The translations under genes and the position numbers were made by a program. This document shows, piece after piece, positions 17,070 through 25,109 of a stretch of 37,165 nt of DNA. The notes beneath the pieces were generated by a model that was given only the letters and a program-made list of their open reading frames with translations, searched no databases and was not told the origin of the DNA. The number at the start of each line of letters is the position of its first letter. Positions within the stretch are counted from its first letter, which is position 1. The stretch lies in NCBI GenBank assembly GCA_032250645.1, contig JAVVFN010000001.1:1-37165 (forward strand), read 5' to 3'. This DNA comes from Methanomicrobiaceae archaeon (GTDB taxonomy: Archaea > Halobacteriota > Methanomicrobia > Methanomicrobiales > Methanomicrobiaceae).

Positions 17070-17327
17070 TTGGGGAACGTCGCGGTCATCCTGAAGATCA
17101 TGCCCGAATCACCGGAGATTGATCTTGCCGCACTGCAGCAGGCGATCAGGACCGGGGTCCCGGAGACTCAGGATATCAGGGAAGAGCCCATCGGTTTTGG
17201 GCTCTCGGCACTGAAAGTGGCTGTGGTCGTGCCCGATCGCGAGGGCGCCACCGAGGGAATCGAGGAGATGCTCCGCTCCATGGACGGCGTTGCAAGCGCA
17301 GAGATTATCTCCCTCACCCTGACCTGA
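17070..17327 (+). CDS. ef1b: Translation elongation factor aEF-1 beta
   Basis: (M)GNVAVILKIMPESPEIDL...EEPIGFGLSALKVAVVVPD...AEIISLTL is the canonical aEF-1-beta sequence pattern and length (85 aa). It requires a TTG start at 17070, 1 nt after the zinc-ribbon stop. The listed ORF start at 17031 overlaps the upstream gene. Confidence 0.85.
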   Translation: MGNVAVILKIMPESPEIDLAALQQAIRTGVPETQDIREEPIGFGLSALKVAVVVPDREGATEGIEEMLRSMDGVASAEIISLTLT

Positions 17328-17328
17328 G

Positions 17329-17357
17329 AAAAACAGGAATACGTTTTTTTTCTTTTT
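17329..17357. terminator. Bidirectional oligo-A/oligo-T terminator region between convergent ef1b and mdh
   Basis: AAAAA, then T8-C-T5 (CGTTTTTTTTCTTTTTCG), lying between stop codons at 17327 and 17362. Confidence 0.5.
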
Positions 17358-17361
17358 CGTC

Positions 17362-18318
17362 TCAGCCGGAATGCTTTTCCAGCTTCGCGAAGATGTCAGC
17401 GGTGATATGGCGGATCTTTTCGGCAGATTCTTTAAATGCAGAGATCTCACCGGCCTCGATCCGTATCGGTACCGGGAAGACGCCTCTCCGGTTAACGCGG
17501 GCAGGGACCCCTATGCAGACATCCCCAATATCATGCACCTCGCTCTTCACATAGCATGATACCGTGAGGATTCTGTTCTCATCCCCGAGTATTGTCTTCA
17601 CGAGGGTCGCGATCGCCTCTCCCGGGCCGTAAATGGTTGCCCCCTTCCTTCGTATGATATTCTCTCCCGCGGTCTTGACCGTCTCCATCATGCGGTCGGC
17701 GGGGAGGATGGAGAACGCCGGAAGGTTGTTGATGGTAATTCCGCCGAGGGTGGTCGCCGACCATAAGGGAACCATGGAATCGCCGTGTTCCCCGATGATA
17801 CGGGTATGGACCTCGCTCACGTGGACGTTGAAGAAGTGCGCAATGAGTGCCTTCAACCGCATGGAGTCCAGGTGCGTCCCGAGACCGAAGACCTGCCTCG
17901 GTTCGAGGCCCGAATAGCGGAGTGCCACTGCAGTCATCACGTCGACGGGGTTGGTGACCATGAATAGGATCGTTTCGGGTGCAATCTTCCCGATCATCTG
18001 CGCGGTGGAGGCGATGATCTTTGCATTCTCATATGCAAGATCGATCCGGTCCTGGCCAGTCTGCCGCGGAAATCCTGCGGTAACGATGCAGATCGAAGTG
18101 CCGGCAAGGTCAGAGGGTTCAGTACTCCACCGGAGCGTCACGTCTCGTCCACTCGCCGCAAACCCGTCGATGAAGTCCTGCCTGATCCCCTCGAGCAGCT
18201 CTTCACGTCCCGGCCTCCCAAAGAGGAGGATCTCGCGTACGTGTGGGATTTCTGAGACGGTATACGCGGCAAAACGGCCCACTTTTCCAGTGGCACCTAT
18301 GATTGCGACTTTTGACAT
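17362..18318 (-). CDS. mdh: Malate dehydrogenase (LDH-like MDH family)
   Basis: MSKVAIIGATGKVGR Rossmann motif, TAGFPRQTGQDR, MVTNPVD, and IGEHGDS catalytic His region. Start is ATG at 18318. The listed extension to 18423 runs into the SRP RNA gene. Confidence 0.85.
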   Translation of the reverse strand: MSKVAIIGATGKVGRFAAYTVSEIPHVREILLFGRPGREELLEGIRQDFIDGFAASGRDVTLRWSTEPSDLAGTSICIVTAGFPRQTGQDRIDLAYENAKIIASTAQMIGKIAPETILFMVTNPVDVMTAVALRYSGLEPRQVFGLGTHLDSMRLKALIAHFFNVHVSEVHTRIIGEHGDSMVPLWSATTLGGITINNLPAFSILPADRMMETVKTAGENIIRRKGATIYGPGEAIATLVKTILGDENRILTVSCYVKSEVHDIGDVCIGVPARVNRRGVFPVPIRIEAGEISAFKESAEKIRHITADIFAKLEKHSG

Positions 18319-18334
18319 AATCGTGATGGGAAAT

Positions 18335-18642
18335 GGGGACGCGTCCTCGGTCGACAATGCGTGCCTGCATTCATCCGGAGTTCCCTTCTCCACCCTGCGC
18401 CCCCATGGGCGCCGAACGTCCACGGTGGGTCTGCTCCCTTCCGGGCCTGAACCGGTTCCCGCGGCAACAGGTCAATCTCTCCCTCCGGAGAGTCGATCAC
18501 TGTCCGCCGACCTCATGGGACAAGGTTTCTCCGTCAGGATCACCGGACTCCAGCAGGTCGCTCTTGCCTTCCTCGGACTTCGCCCCCCGCATACCGACGT
18601 TTTCGGGTGACAGGTGACGCCGGGCCACCCGGGCTAGTCCCC
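18335..18642 (-). ncRNA. ffs: Signal recognition particle RNA (archaeal 7S RNA)
   Basis: The minus strand reads GGGGACUAGCCCGGGUGGCCCGGCGUCACCUGUCACCCGAAAACGUCGGUAUGCGGGG...(Alu-domain-like 5' region). A helix-6-like hairpin CUCUCC-GGAG-GGAGAG is at 18477-18492. A helix-8 motif UUCAGGCCCGGAAGGGAGCAGAC at 18431-18450 is nearly identical to the universally conserved SRP54-binding GGAA-tetraloop region. The 5' GGGGAC can pair with the 3' GUCCCC. No credible ORF is present. The ends are approximate. Confidence 0.85.
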
Positions 18643-18659
18643 GGTATATATTCGCAGCC

Positions 18660-19691
18660 CTAAGGGATAAAAACCTCTCCGCCGACATGTTCCTTCCATT
18701 TTTCCATCTCTCGTTTCATCCGTTTGGGGTCCTTCTTCTCAAAGAGATCCAGTACCGCAAGGTCCACCTCTTTCGAAAGGACCTTGTGGAGCAGATGGAA
18801 ATCCCCCTGGTAGACCTCGAAAAACTGGGATCCCCCTATCGTTTCCGCGATCTTCTTCGGCTCCTTCTCGATCGGGTGCTCCTTCAACTCCTCGATCTCA
18901 TAGAAACACTTCACCCCGTCAAAGGCAAGGTTTTCCCGGTTCACCCGCAGGTTATAAGCGGTCCAGAATGCCGCTGCATACCAGGCATCGTTACAGATCA
19001 CGTGGGGGATCCCGTACAGCCCTGCGGTAAGCGAAAGGGTACCGCTCCCGCATGCGGCGTCGACGAAGACTCTGGGTTCGTGGTGGCGCACCTGCACTCC
19101 CACCGAGACGATCTTTGGATCATACCCGCGGGGAAATTCGATATGCATAAGCGATTGCTGCTTGTAGAGCACGATAGGCGTGTTCTGGGTATAGAAGACA
19201 TTTGCCCGGACATCGCAGCCTGCGAGGAGCTCGTAGGTCTCCGGTATCCCGTCAAGGTCGACGTCGGTGATCCCGGGGACAAAGTCAGCGCTCTTCACCA
19301 CCCCCCGGATCTCCGGGACTTCGTCCACCAGTCTTCGCGCGCATGCCTCATTGACCACTGGCGAGAGCAGTACGAGGGAATTTCGTGGCAGGAACGGGGG
19401 TTCCTGCATGGCAAAACCCGGGTGCACCAGAGGGTATCCGACTGTTTTCAGCGGATCTGTGGGGGCGAGGACCCCTTCCTCAACCATGACAGAATAGAGG
19501 TGCACATAGACATCATCGATATAGCGTTTTCCGCAGTCGCAGATGGGAACGACTGCAATATCCGGAGGAGGCTGATTCTTATTCAGGTTTCTCCCCATGC
19601 AACCAGGGCAGGGCCTGAAGACCTCCGCAAGAAGGTCGACGATCTCATGAGCCTCCTCCACACAGTCCTGCCCGCAGACCGGACACTTCAT
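18660..19691 (-). CDS. Zinc-ribbon plus class I SAM-dependent methyltransferase-like protein (putative RNA methyltransferase)
   Basis: N-terminal MKCPVCGQDC...CPGC and CDCG Cys clusters. Motif I-like VFVDAACGSGTLSL and a downstream ICNDAW (ND motif). Start is ATG at 19691. The listed extension to 19790 overlaps a tRNA gene. Confidence 0.6.
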   Translation of the reverse strand: MKCPVCGQDCVEEAHEIVDLLAEVFRPCPGCMGRNLNKNQPPPDIAVVPICDCGKRYIDDVYVHLYSVMVEEGVLAPTDPLKTVGYPLVHPGFAMQEPPFLPRNSLVLLSPVVNEACARRLVDEVPEIRGVVKSADFVPGITDVDLDGIPETYELLAGCDVRANVFYTQNTPIVLYKQQSLMHIEFPRGYDPKIVSVGVQVRHHEPRVFVDAACGSGTLSLTAGLYGIPHVICNDAWYAAAFWTAYNLRVNRENLAFDGVKCFYEIEELKEHPIEKEPKKIAETIGGSQFFEVYQGDFHLLHKVLSKEVDLAVLDLFEKKDPKRMKREMEKWKEHVGGEVFIP

Positions 19692-19735
19692 ATGGGTTTC
19701 TCGGCGCAGATACTCTTCAATGTATGGAGAAGGAA

Positions 19736-19807
19736 TGGGCCCGGAGAGATTCGAACTCTCGGCCACCCGGTTATGAGCCGGGCGCTCCACCGCTAAGCTA
19801 CGGGCCC
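19736..19807 (-). tRNA. tRNA-Met (anticodon CAU), elongator type; could be tRNA-Ile2 if C34 is modified
   Basis: Cloverleaf read by hand: GGGCCCG/CGGGCCC acceptor, anticodon arm CCCGG-CUCAUAA-CCGGG, T arm GAGAG-UUCGAAU-CUCUC. The G1:C72 pair and the lack of a GGG/CCC anticodon-stem signature argue against an initiator. Confidence 0.9.
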
Positions 19808-19861
19808 TGAAGAACGCCGTGTTAATGTTTTCACTGTAATGTTAAAAGGTACGGGTGCCCC

Positions 19862-20950
19862 CTAATGCCGGTGGCGGTGGTGGATATCGGGGTTGTGCGG
19901 GTGGGTGTGCTCCAGCTCCTCGTGGATATGCCGATGGGAGTGATATCCCAGCGCATCGAGTGGCGGGGCGTCGCTTCCATGGTCATGGGCGTGATGGAGG
20001 TCGTCATGCCGGTGGCGATGTTCGTGCAGATCTTCCGGATGAATATGGGTGTGGGTGTGGTGTTCGGTGAGGAGCAGGAAGCTCCCGACGATCATCAGGG
20101 CGAGTGCGGCGAAGAATACCGGCCCCGGGGTCTCGGCAAAGAGCAAAAATGCAAACGCAACCCCGAAGAAGGGGGAGAGGGAGAAGATCGCAGATCCCCG
20201 TGCCGAACCGAGACCACGGATCGCAAGCACCAGGCAGACGCTCATGAGACCGCCAAAGCTCACGATCCCCACTCCCATGGCGACCAGCGCAGTGGAAAGG
20301 GGGGGAAGCGCCTCCCCCAGAAACCTGCCGAGGGCAAAGGAGAGGAGCCCGGCGCCGAGCCCCTTGACCATGATGATGGTGAGCGGGTCCTTGTTCGAGA
20401 TCCGCTGGATGATATTGTTGTCAAGCCCCCAGATCGTGCATGCGGTGATGACGCCGAGGGCCCCGAGCGAGATCCCGTATGCCGCCTCGGGCTTGTAGGT
20501 CAGCATGGCGCAGGAGGTGGCGATCGCCACGACCGAGATACCGATCCGCCGGCCTACGGGCTCCCCTACCCAGAGCGCCGCAATGAGCATGGTGGCGATC
20601 CCTTCGAAGTTGAGCAGGAGTGCGGCTGTCGCGCCCGGGGTCTGCGGGAGGGAAAACATCAGGACCACCGGCCCGAGGAATGACCCGGCTACCATGGTGA
20701 GAAAGAGCCAGGGGAGGTCGCCGCGGGAAAGAGCCGCCTCATGGTGACTCCGTCTCCTCCCGAGTACCGCGAGGGCGACCTGGATGAGGAAGAGGCTTGC
20801 TCCGCTCCCGAGGAAGAGCAGCCCTGCCATGGTTGCCGGTGGGACTGATCCCAGCAGATACTTTGATGCCTGTGTGCCGGCGCCAAAGAGGAATGCGGCC
20901 GCAAGACCGGCGGCAATGTAGTACTGTCGTGTCGAGGTGAGTGGCATCAA
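19862..20950 (-). CDS. EamA/DMT-family transporter with histidine-rich C-terminal tail
   Basis: About 10 TM helices with the duplicated EamA-like architecture. The last ~67 aa contain about two dozen His (EHHTHTHIHPEDLHEHRHRHDDLHHAHDH...HHRHRH). Confidence 0.75.
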   Translation of the reverse strand: MMPLTSTRQYYIAAGLAAAFLFGAGTQASKYLLGSVPPATMAGLLFLGSGASLFLIQVALAVLGRRRSHHEAALSRGDLPWLFLTMVAGSFLGPVVLMFSLPQTPGATAALLLNFEGIATMLIAALWVGEPVGRRIGISVVAIATSCAMLTYKPEAAYGISLGALGVITACTIWGLDNNIIQRISNKDPLTIIMVKGLGAGLLSFALGRFLGEALPPLSTALVAMGVGIVSFGGLMSVCLVLAIRGLGSARGSAIFSLSPFFGVAFAFLLFAETPGPVFFAALALMIVGSFLLLTEHHTHTHIHPEDLHEHRHRHDDLHHAHDHGSDAPPLDALGYHSHRHIHEELEHTHPHNPDIHHRHRH

Positions 20951-21018
20951 ATCCGAGATAATATGCCGTTCTCTGGAGGAAAGGCATTGCGGTTCGGGAC
21001 CGGCCTAAAAAAGGAGAA

Positions 21019-21091
21019 CGCCCCCAACAGGACTCGAACCTGTGACATTCTGGTTAACAGCCAGACACTCTACCAACTGAGTTATGGAGGC
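21019..21091 (-). tRNA. tRNA-Asn (anticodon GUU)
   Basis: Cloverleaf read by hand: acceptor GCCUCCA/UGGGGGC, D arm ACUC-AGUUGGUA-GAGU, anticodon arm UCUGG-CUGUUAA-CCAGA, T arm ACAGG-UUCGAGU-CCUGU. Confidence 0.9.
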
Positions 21092-21129
21092 CCGTAATAA
21101 TTGCCTTATATTGTTCTTTTTGACGATTA

Positions 21130-21429
21130 TTAAACATTGTGGATATTTTGGCCCTTCATCTCCTCCAGTGCCCTGATGATCTCGTCGATCTCCTCATCAA
21201 GACCCTTGAGGACTTCCTCTGCCCGCTCCGTCGCCATTGCCCCGGAGGGGGATGCCCTGATATACCCCTGCTGTTCCAGGACGCGGAGAGAATATCGCAC
21301 CCGGTGGTAGGGGATGTCCAGCACGTCAGCCAGTTTCATGATCCCGATGGGCTGGTGCTCCACCACCACCCGTATCACTTCAAGATGTCTGCCCAGAAGG
21401 TCGATCTCGTGCTTCAGCTTCTCCAGCAT
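21130..21429 (-). CDS. Small winged-HTH transcriptional regulator
   Basis: 99 aa. EHQPIGIMKLADVLDIPYHRVRYSLRVLEQQGYI is a wHTH pattern, followed by a C-terminal coiled/acidic helix. Confidence 0.65.
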   Translation of the reverse strand: MLEKLKHEIDLLGRHLEVIRVVVEHQPIGIMKLADVLDIPYHRVRYSLRVLEQQGYIRASPSGAMATERAEEVLKGLDEEIDEIIRALEEMKGQNIHNV

Positions 21430-21488
21430 GCGCGTCGTTCCGTTCTGAATGGGTTTTCATTCAATAGAGTTATATACATATCTCTTCG

Positions 21489-21716
21489 CTATGTATGCCT
21501 GTCAAGCCATTCCTTCTCTCTCTGGTACCTTTTCCAGAAAAAGAAGAATATGGCAAGCGCGATCAGGAAAAGCATTCCGCTCACGGGGATTTTCAGCTCA
21601 GGACCCAGCAAGAAATAGGCAATCACTCCTCCGGCGATGAGCAGGATCACCAGGTTGAGGATGACGGTAAGCACGATGAATTTTCCTTGGAATATTTTCA
21701 GGGCGCCCTCTTCCAT
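21489..21716 (-). CDS. Small two-TM membrane protein, unknown function
   Basis: 75 aa with two hydrophobic helices (FIVLTVILNLVILLIAGGVIAYFLL; GMLFLIALAIFFFFW). No recognisable motif. Confidence 0.45.
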   Translation of the reverse strand: MEEGALKIFQGKFIVLTVILNLVILLIAGGVIAYFLLGPELKIPVSGMLFLIALAIFFFFWKRYQREKEWLDRHT

Positions 21717-21774
21717 CGCATATCACTTGGACCGATGAATACAAGTATTTGTGGGATTATTTTGAAGCAGAGTC

Positions 21775-22902
21775 ATGGATGCGCTGGATGCGGCAATAGG
21801 GGAGGCCGGGGCGTCGGCATTTGTGATCTACGCCTCTTCCTCTGATGCAAACATGCGGTACCTCACCGGGTTCGTGGTGGGGGATCCGGTAGTGTATATC
21901 CGGAGACCCAAAGGAAGGGGTCTTTTAATCGTCCCCCAGATGGAATTCGAACGTGCCGGAGCCGAATCGTATTGCGAGGTGATGACCAGGGGGGATGCAG
22001 GGTTTTTCGAGATCCACAAAGAGGAGTCCGATCCCTGGAAGGTGGTCGCGAGGATGATTGCCCGTCAGGTGGAGGGAGAGATCCTGGTCCCGGCCCGCTT
22101 CCCCCTTGCGCTTGCACGGGCTCTTGAGGCGCACTGCCGGGTGAGAGTGAACGAAGGGGTGGTCGAATCGATGCGGGCGGTGAAGAGTTCGAGGGAACTT
22201 GCAGAGATCCGGAGGGCGCAGGTTGCCGCAGAGGGGGCGATGGACTTCGCCCTCACCATGATCCGGAAGGCAAAGCCGAAAGGGGGAAAACTGCTGCAAG
22301 AAGGCGTTTCTCTTACGTCCGAAGCGGTGAGGAAGGCAATCGCGATCTATCTTCTGGAGAGGGGATACCGGACATCGGGGACCATCGTCTCCTGCGGCAT
22401 TGAGTCGGCCATGCCTCACCACCTGGGCTCAGGCGATCTTCTTGAAGGGGAGCCCATCGTCATCGACCTCTTCCCGCAGCACGAGGAGACCGGGTATTAT
22501 GCCGATATGACCAGGACCGTGGTCTACGGGGAGCCTGACCCCGCCATCGTGGAGATGTATGCTGCGGTCCGGGACGCACAGGACCTTGCGCGATCACTCG
22601 CTGGTCCACGCATATCCGGCGCGGAACTGCACCAGGCAGTGCGTGATCTCTTCACAGAGCGGGGGTTTGAGACCGGCACCGAGGGGTTTATCCATAGCCT
22701 CGGGCACGGGATCGGTCTTGACGTGCATGAAAAACCCGCTCTTGCTCCTTCGGGGGAGGCGCTCCTTCCCGGACAGGTGGTCACGCTCGAGCCGGGTCTG
22801 TACTACCAAAAGATCGGAGGCGTGCGGCTCGAGGATCTCGGGGTCATAACACAACAGGGATTTGATCTCTTCACCAATTACCCAAGGGAGCTTGCACCAT
22901 GA
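21775..22902 (+). CDS. M24-family Xaa-Pro aminopeptidase/dipeptidase
   Basis: Creatinase-like N-domain followed by a pita-bread domain, with metal-ligand motifs D..ADMTRT, HSLGHGIGLDVHE, LEPG.Y and GVRLED. Confidence 0.85.
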   Translation: MDALDAAIGEAGASAFVIYASSSDANMRYLTGFVVGDPVVYIRRPKGRGLLIVPQMEFERAGAESYCEVMTRGDAGFFEIHKEESDPWKVVARMIARQVEGEILVPARFPLALARALEAHCRVRVNEGVVESMRAVKSSRELAEIRRAQVAAEGAMDFALTMIRKAKPKGGKLLQEGVSLTSEAVRKAIAIYLLERGYRTSGTIVSCGIESAMPHHLGSGDLLEGEPIVIDLFPQHEETGYYADMTRTVVYGEPDPAIVEMYAAVRDAQDLARSLAGPRISGAELHQAVRDLFTERGFETGTEGFIHSLGHGIGLDVHEKPALAPSGEALLPGQVVTLEPGLYYQKIGGVRLEDLGVITQQGFDLFTNYPRELAP

Positions 22903-23774
22903 ATGAAGAGATCTATGAATATTACCAGCAGGCAGGCGCGATCGCAAATTCCACCATCCAGCACTCCCGACATCTCGTCAAACCCGGCGCCAGGATCCTC
23001 GAGGTGGTCGAGACACTGGAGCAGATGATCACGGACCAGGATGCAGAGTTCGCATTCCCCCTCAACATCTCCCTCAATGAAGATGCGGCACACGATACCG
23101 CGGGAACCGGTGACGATCGGGAGTTCCGGACGGGAGACCTCGTCAAGGTGGACATGGGGGTACACGTGGAGGGCTACATTGCCGATACTGCGCTCACCAT
23201 AGACCTTGGGAATAACCATCTCCTGGTGGAGGCATCGGAGGCGGCACTGGATCGGGCGATCTCCATGGTTCGTCCCGGGATCACCGCAGGTGAACTGGGT
23301 GTGGCCATTCAGAAGGAGATCGAGGAGCGGGGATACCTGCCGGTGAGCAATCTCACGGGGCATGGGCTCGACCGGTACCAGCTCCACGGGACCCCGACCA
23401 TCCCCAATATCGGCATGCAGGGAGGGATGGAGCTCGAGGAGGATATGGTCTTCGCCATCGAACCGTTCGCCACGACCGGAAGCGGCCGGGTGAGTGAGAG
23501 TCTCCGGTGCGAGATCTACCAGCAGATCGCGGTGAAACCGGTTCGCCTCGCGTCCGCGCGCAAGGTCCTCGAGTCCGTAAGATCCCGGAACGGACTGCCG
23601 TTCGCAAGGAGGTGGGTCTCAGGGAAAACATCCGATATCGCGATTGCAAACCTGAAAAAGGCCCAGATACTCCGTGCCTACCCGGTCCTTCATGATATCC
23701 CGGGATCCATGGTCTCCCAGTGCGAGCATACCCTCATCGTGACTCAGGAAGGGTGCACGGTCACCACTGCATAG
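22899..23774 (+). CDS. map: Methionine aminopeptidase, type 2 (archaeal)
   Basis: FPLNISLNEDAAHDTA, GDLVKVDMGVHVEGYIADTA, NLTGHGL..YQLH, FAIEPFATTG and EHTLIVT motifs. ATGA overlap with the upstream peptidase gene. Confidence 0.9.
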   Translation: MNEEIYEYYQQAGAIANSTIQHSRHLVKPGARILEVVETLEQMITDQDAEFAFPLNISLNEDAAHDTAGTGDDREFRTGDLVKVDMGVHVEGYIADTALTIDLGNNHLLVEASEAALDRAISMVRPGITAGELGVAIQKEIEERGYLPVSNLTGHGLDRYQLHGTPTIPNIGMQGGMELEEDMVFAIEPFATTGSGRVSESLRCEIYQQIAVKPVRLASARKVLESVRSRNGLPFARRWVSGKTSDIAIANLKKAQILRAYPVLHDIPGSMVSQCEHTLIVTQEGCTVTTA

Positions 23775-23818
23775 GATATACTTATCGGGATTCCCCCCCC
23801 ATAGTATATATTACATCG

Positions 23819-25105
23819 ATGTCGCCACAGATCCACGATGATGAGGTGCTCGAGATCCTTGAACTCCTTATCACCGCAGAAATTGTGAACCACAGTCCTG
23901 AGCTCAACAAGGACGATCTCACCCCGAAGATCAGGGGGATTCTCGGGGTGAACGGGAGCGATCTGGCAATAAAGCGTCCGGTATACATCAGTGAAGGCAT
24001 GATCCAGAGGGAGATGGGCATGCCTGATCCTGCCGGGGCACTCAGGAAAAACCCATTTGTCAGCTTTGAGGAATTTGGAAAACGCCTTCGGATTACCACG
24101 CTTGAACCTGCCGCCGAACACTTCCTGAAGAGAGGGGGTGCCGGACGCGTGCAGGAAAATCCGGTGCTTGCCTACTTCTTTGAAACACAGGGTGAGAACT
24201 CCGTCTCCTATCGTGATGTCCGTGCCCGGAATTCTCCGTACCGGGATACCAAGGCCTACCTTGACGCGCGGCTCGCGGAGATGCTGGAGGCAGATGCCGA
24301 GATGCGTACTGCCCGGGACCTCATCATCATCAGTGCTCCAGAGGAGATCGAGTACTCGCTCGACCACCTGGTGATCACACCGGTCCAGGAGGCCCTGCTC
24401 ACAAAGATCGCCACTGCCCTTTCGAACCGCGACTTTTTGAAGGAGCGGGGGATCTACGAGTTCGGGAAGCTGCTCTTTGTCGGCCCCCCGGGAACCGGAA
24501 AGACCAGTCTTGCGCTTGCCATGTCCCGCGTCCTGCACATGCCCATCCTCGAGGTGCGCCTTGCGATGGTCACGTCCCAGTATCTGGGGGAGACCTCCAA
24601 GAACATCGACAGGATCTTTGAACTGGCCAAGAGACTCTCTCCCTGTATCCTCTTCATCGACGAGTTTGACTTCGTGGCAAAGAGCCGGGTCACCGAGGAC
24701 AATGCCGCCATGAAGCGTGCGGTGAACATGCTCCTCAAGAATATTGATATGGTCAGCTTCATCAGGAACGGGGTTCTCCTGATCGGGGCGACCAACCATC
24801 CCTGGCTCCTCGATGAAGCGGCATGGCGCAGGTTTGACGATGTGGTGGAGTTCCCCCTCCCTGACACTCCCATGCGCCGGGAGATCCTGGGGAAGGTGAG
24901 TTCACACTTTGAGTGTGAATGTGATTTTGACGACCTTGCCGGGGAGACAGAGGGATTTTCAGGTGCAGATCTCCGGATCATGATCAAGGAGGCGATCCTG
25001 AATGCGCTGGTGGAAGGGCGGCAGCGGATAGAGCAGCAGGATATCAACCGGGGGATGGATATCGTGAAGAAGCGGGACCGCATCAGGAAGAACAGTCTCT
25101 GGTGA
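23819..25105 (+). CDS. Classical-clade AAA+ ATPase with uncharacterised ~200-aa N-terminal domain
   Basis: Walker A GPPGTGKTS, Walker B ILFIDEFD, second region of homology GATNHPWLLDEAAWRRFD. Start is ATG at 23819; the listed ORF start at 23720 overlaps map. Confidence 0.8.
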   Translation: MSPQIHDDEVLEILELLITAEIVNHSPELNKDDLTPKIRGILGVNGSDLAIKRPVYISEGMIQREMGMPDPAGALRKNPFVSFEEFGKRLRITTLEPAAEHFLKRGGAGRVQENPVLAYFFETQGENSVSYRDVRARNSPYRDTKAYLDARLAEMLEADAEMRTARDLIIISAPEEIEYSLDHLVITPVQEALLTKIATALSNRDFLKERGIYEFGKLLFVGPPGTGKTSLALAMSRVLHMPILEVRLAMVTSQYLGETSKNIDRIFELAKRLSPCILFIDEFDFVAKSRVTEDNAAMKRAVNMLLKNIDMVSFIRNGVLLIGATNHPWLLDEAAWRRFDDVVEFPLPDTPMRREILGKVSSHFECECDFDDLAGETEGFSGADLRIMIKEAILNALVEGRQRIEQQDINRGMDIVKKRDRIRKNSLW

Positions 25106-25109
25106 TTCC

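Noticed and set aside
18319-18617. ORFs 17362-18423 (N-terminal extension), 18297-18500, 18333-18617 and the tail of 17951-18610
   Set aside because: All lie on the SRP RNA gene. mdh begins with a canonical MSKVAIIGATG Rossmann N-terminus at ATG 18318.
18687-19796. 369-aa + strand ORF, among the longest in the track
   Set aside because: It is exactly antisense to the methyltransferase-like gene and runs across the tRNA-Met gene. Its composition is low-complexity and Arg/His/Pro/Leu-rich with no motifs. This is a typical shadow ORF in GC-rich DNA.
19736-21091. Possibility that the tRNA-flanked DMT transporter is a small integrated element
   Set aside because: There is no integrase, no recognisable direct repeat of a tRNA 3' end, only one cargo gene, and no evident compositional shift. 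I kept it only as a note inside the His-tail finding.
23744-24799. 351-aa minus-strand ORF; also 12284-13513 (+), 15015-16268 (+), 19865-20683 (+) and 1084-1896 (-)
   Set aside because: Each is out of frame or antisense to a gene with strong motif support (AAA+, DASS, PLD, DMT, HEAT). They are shadow ORFs of a GC-rich genome.
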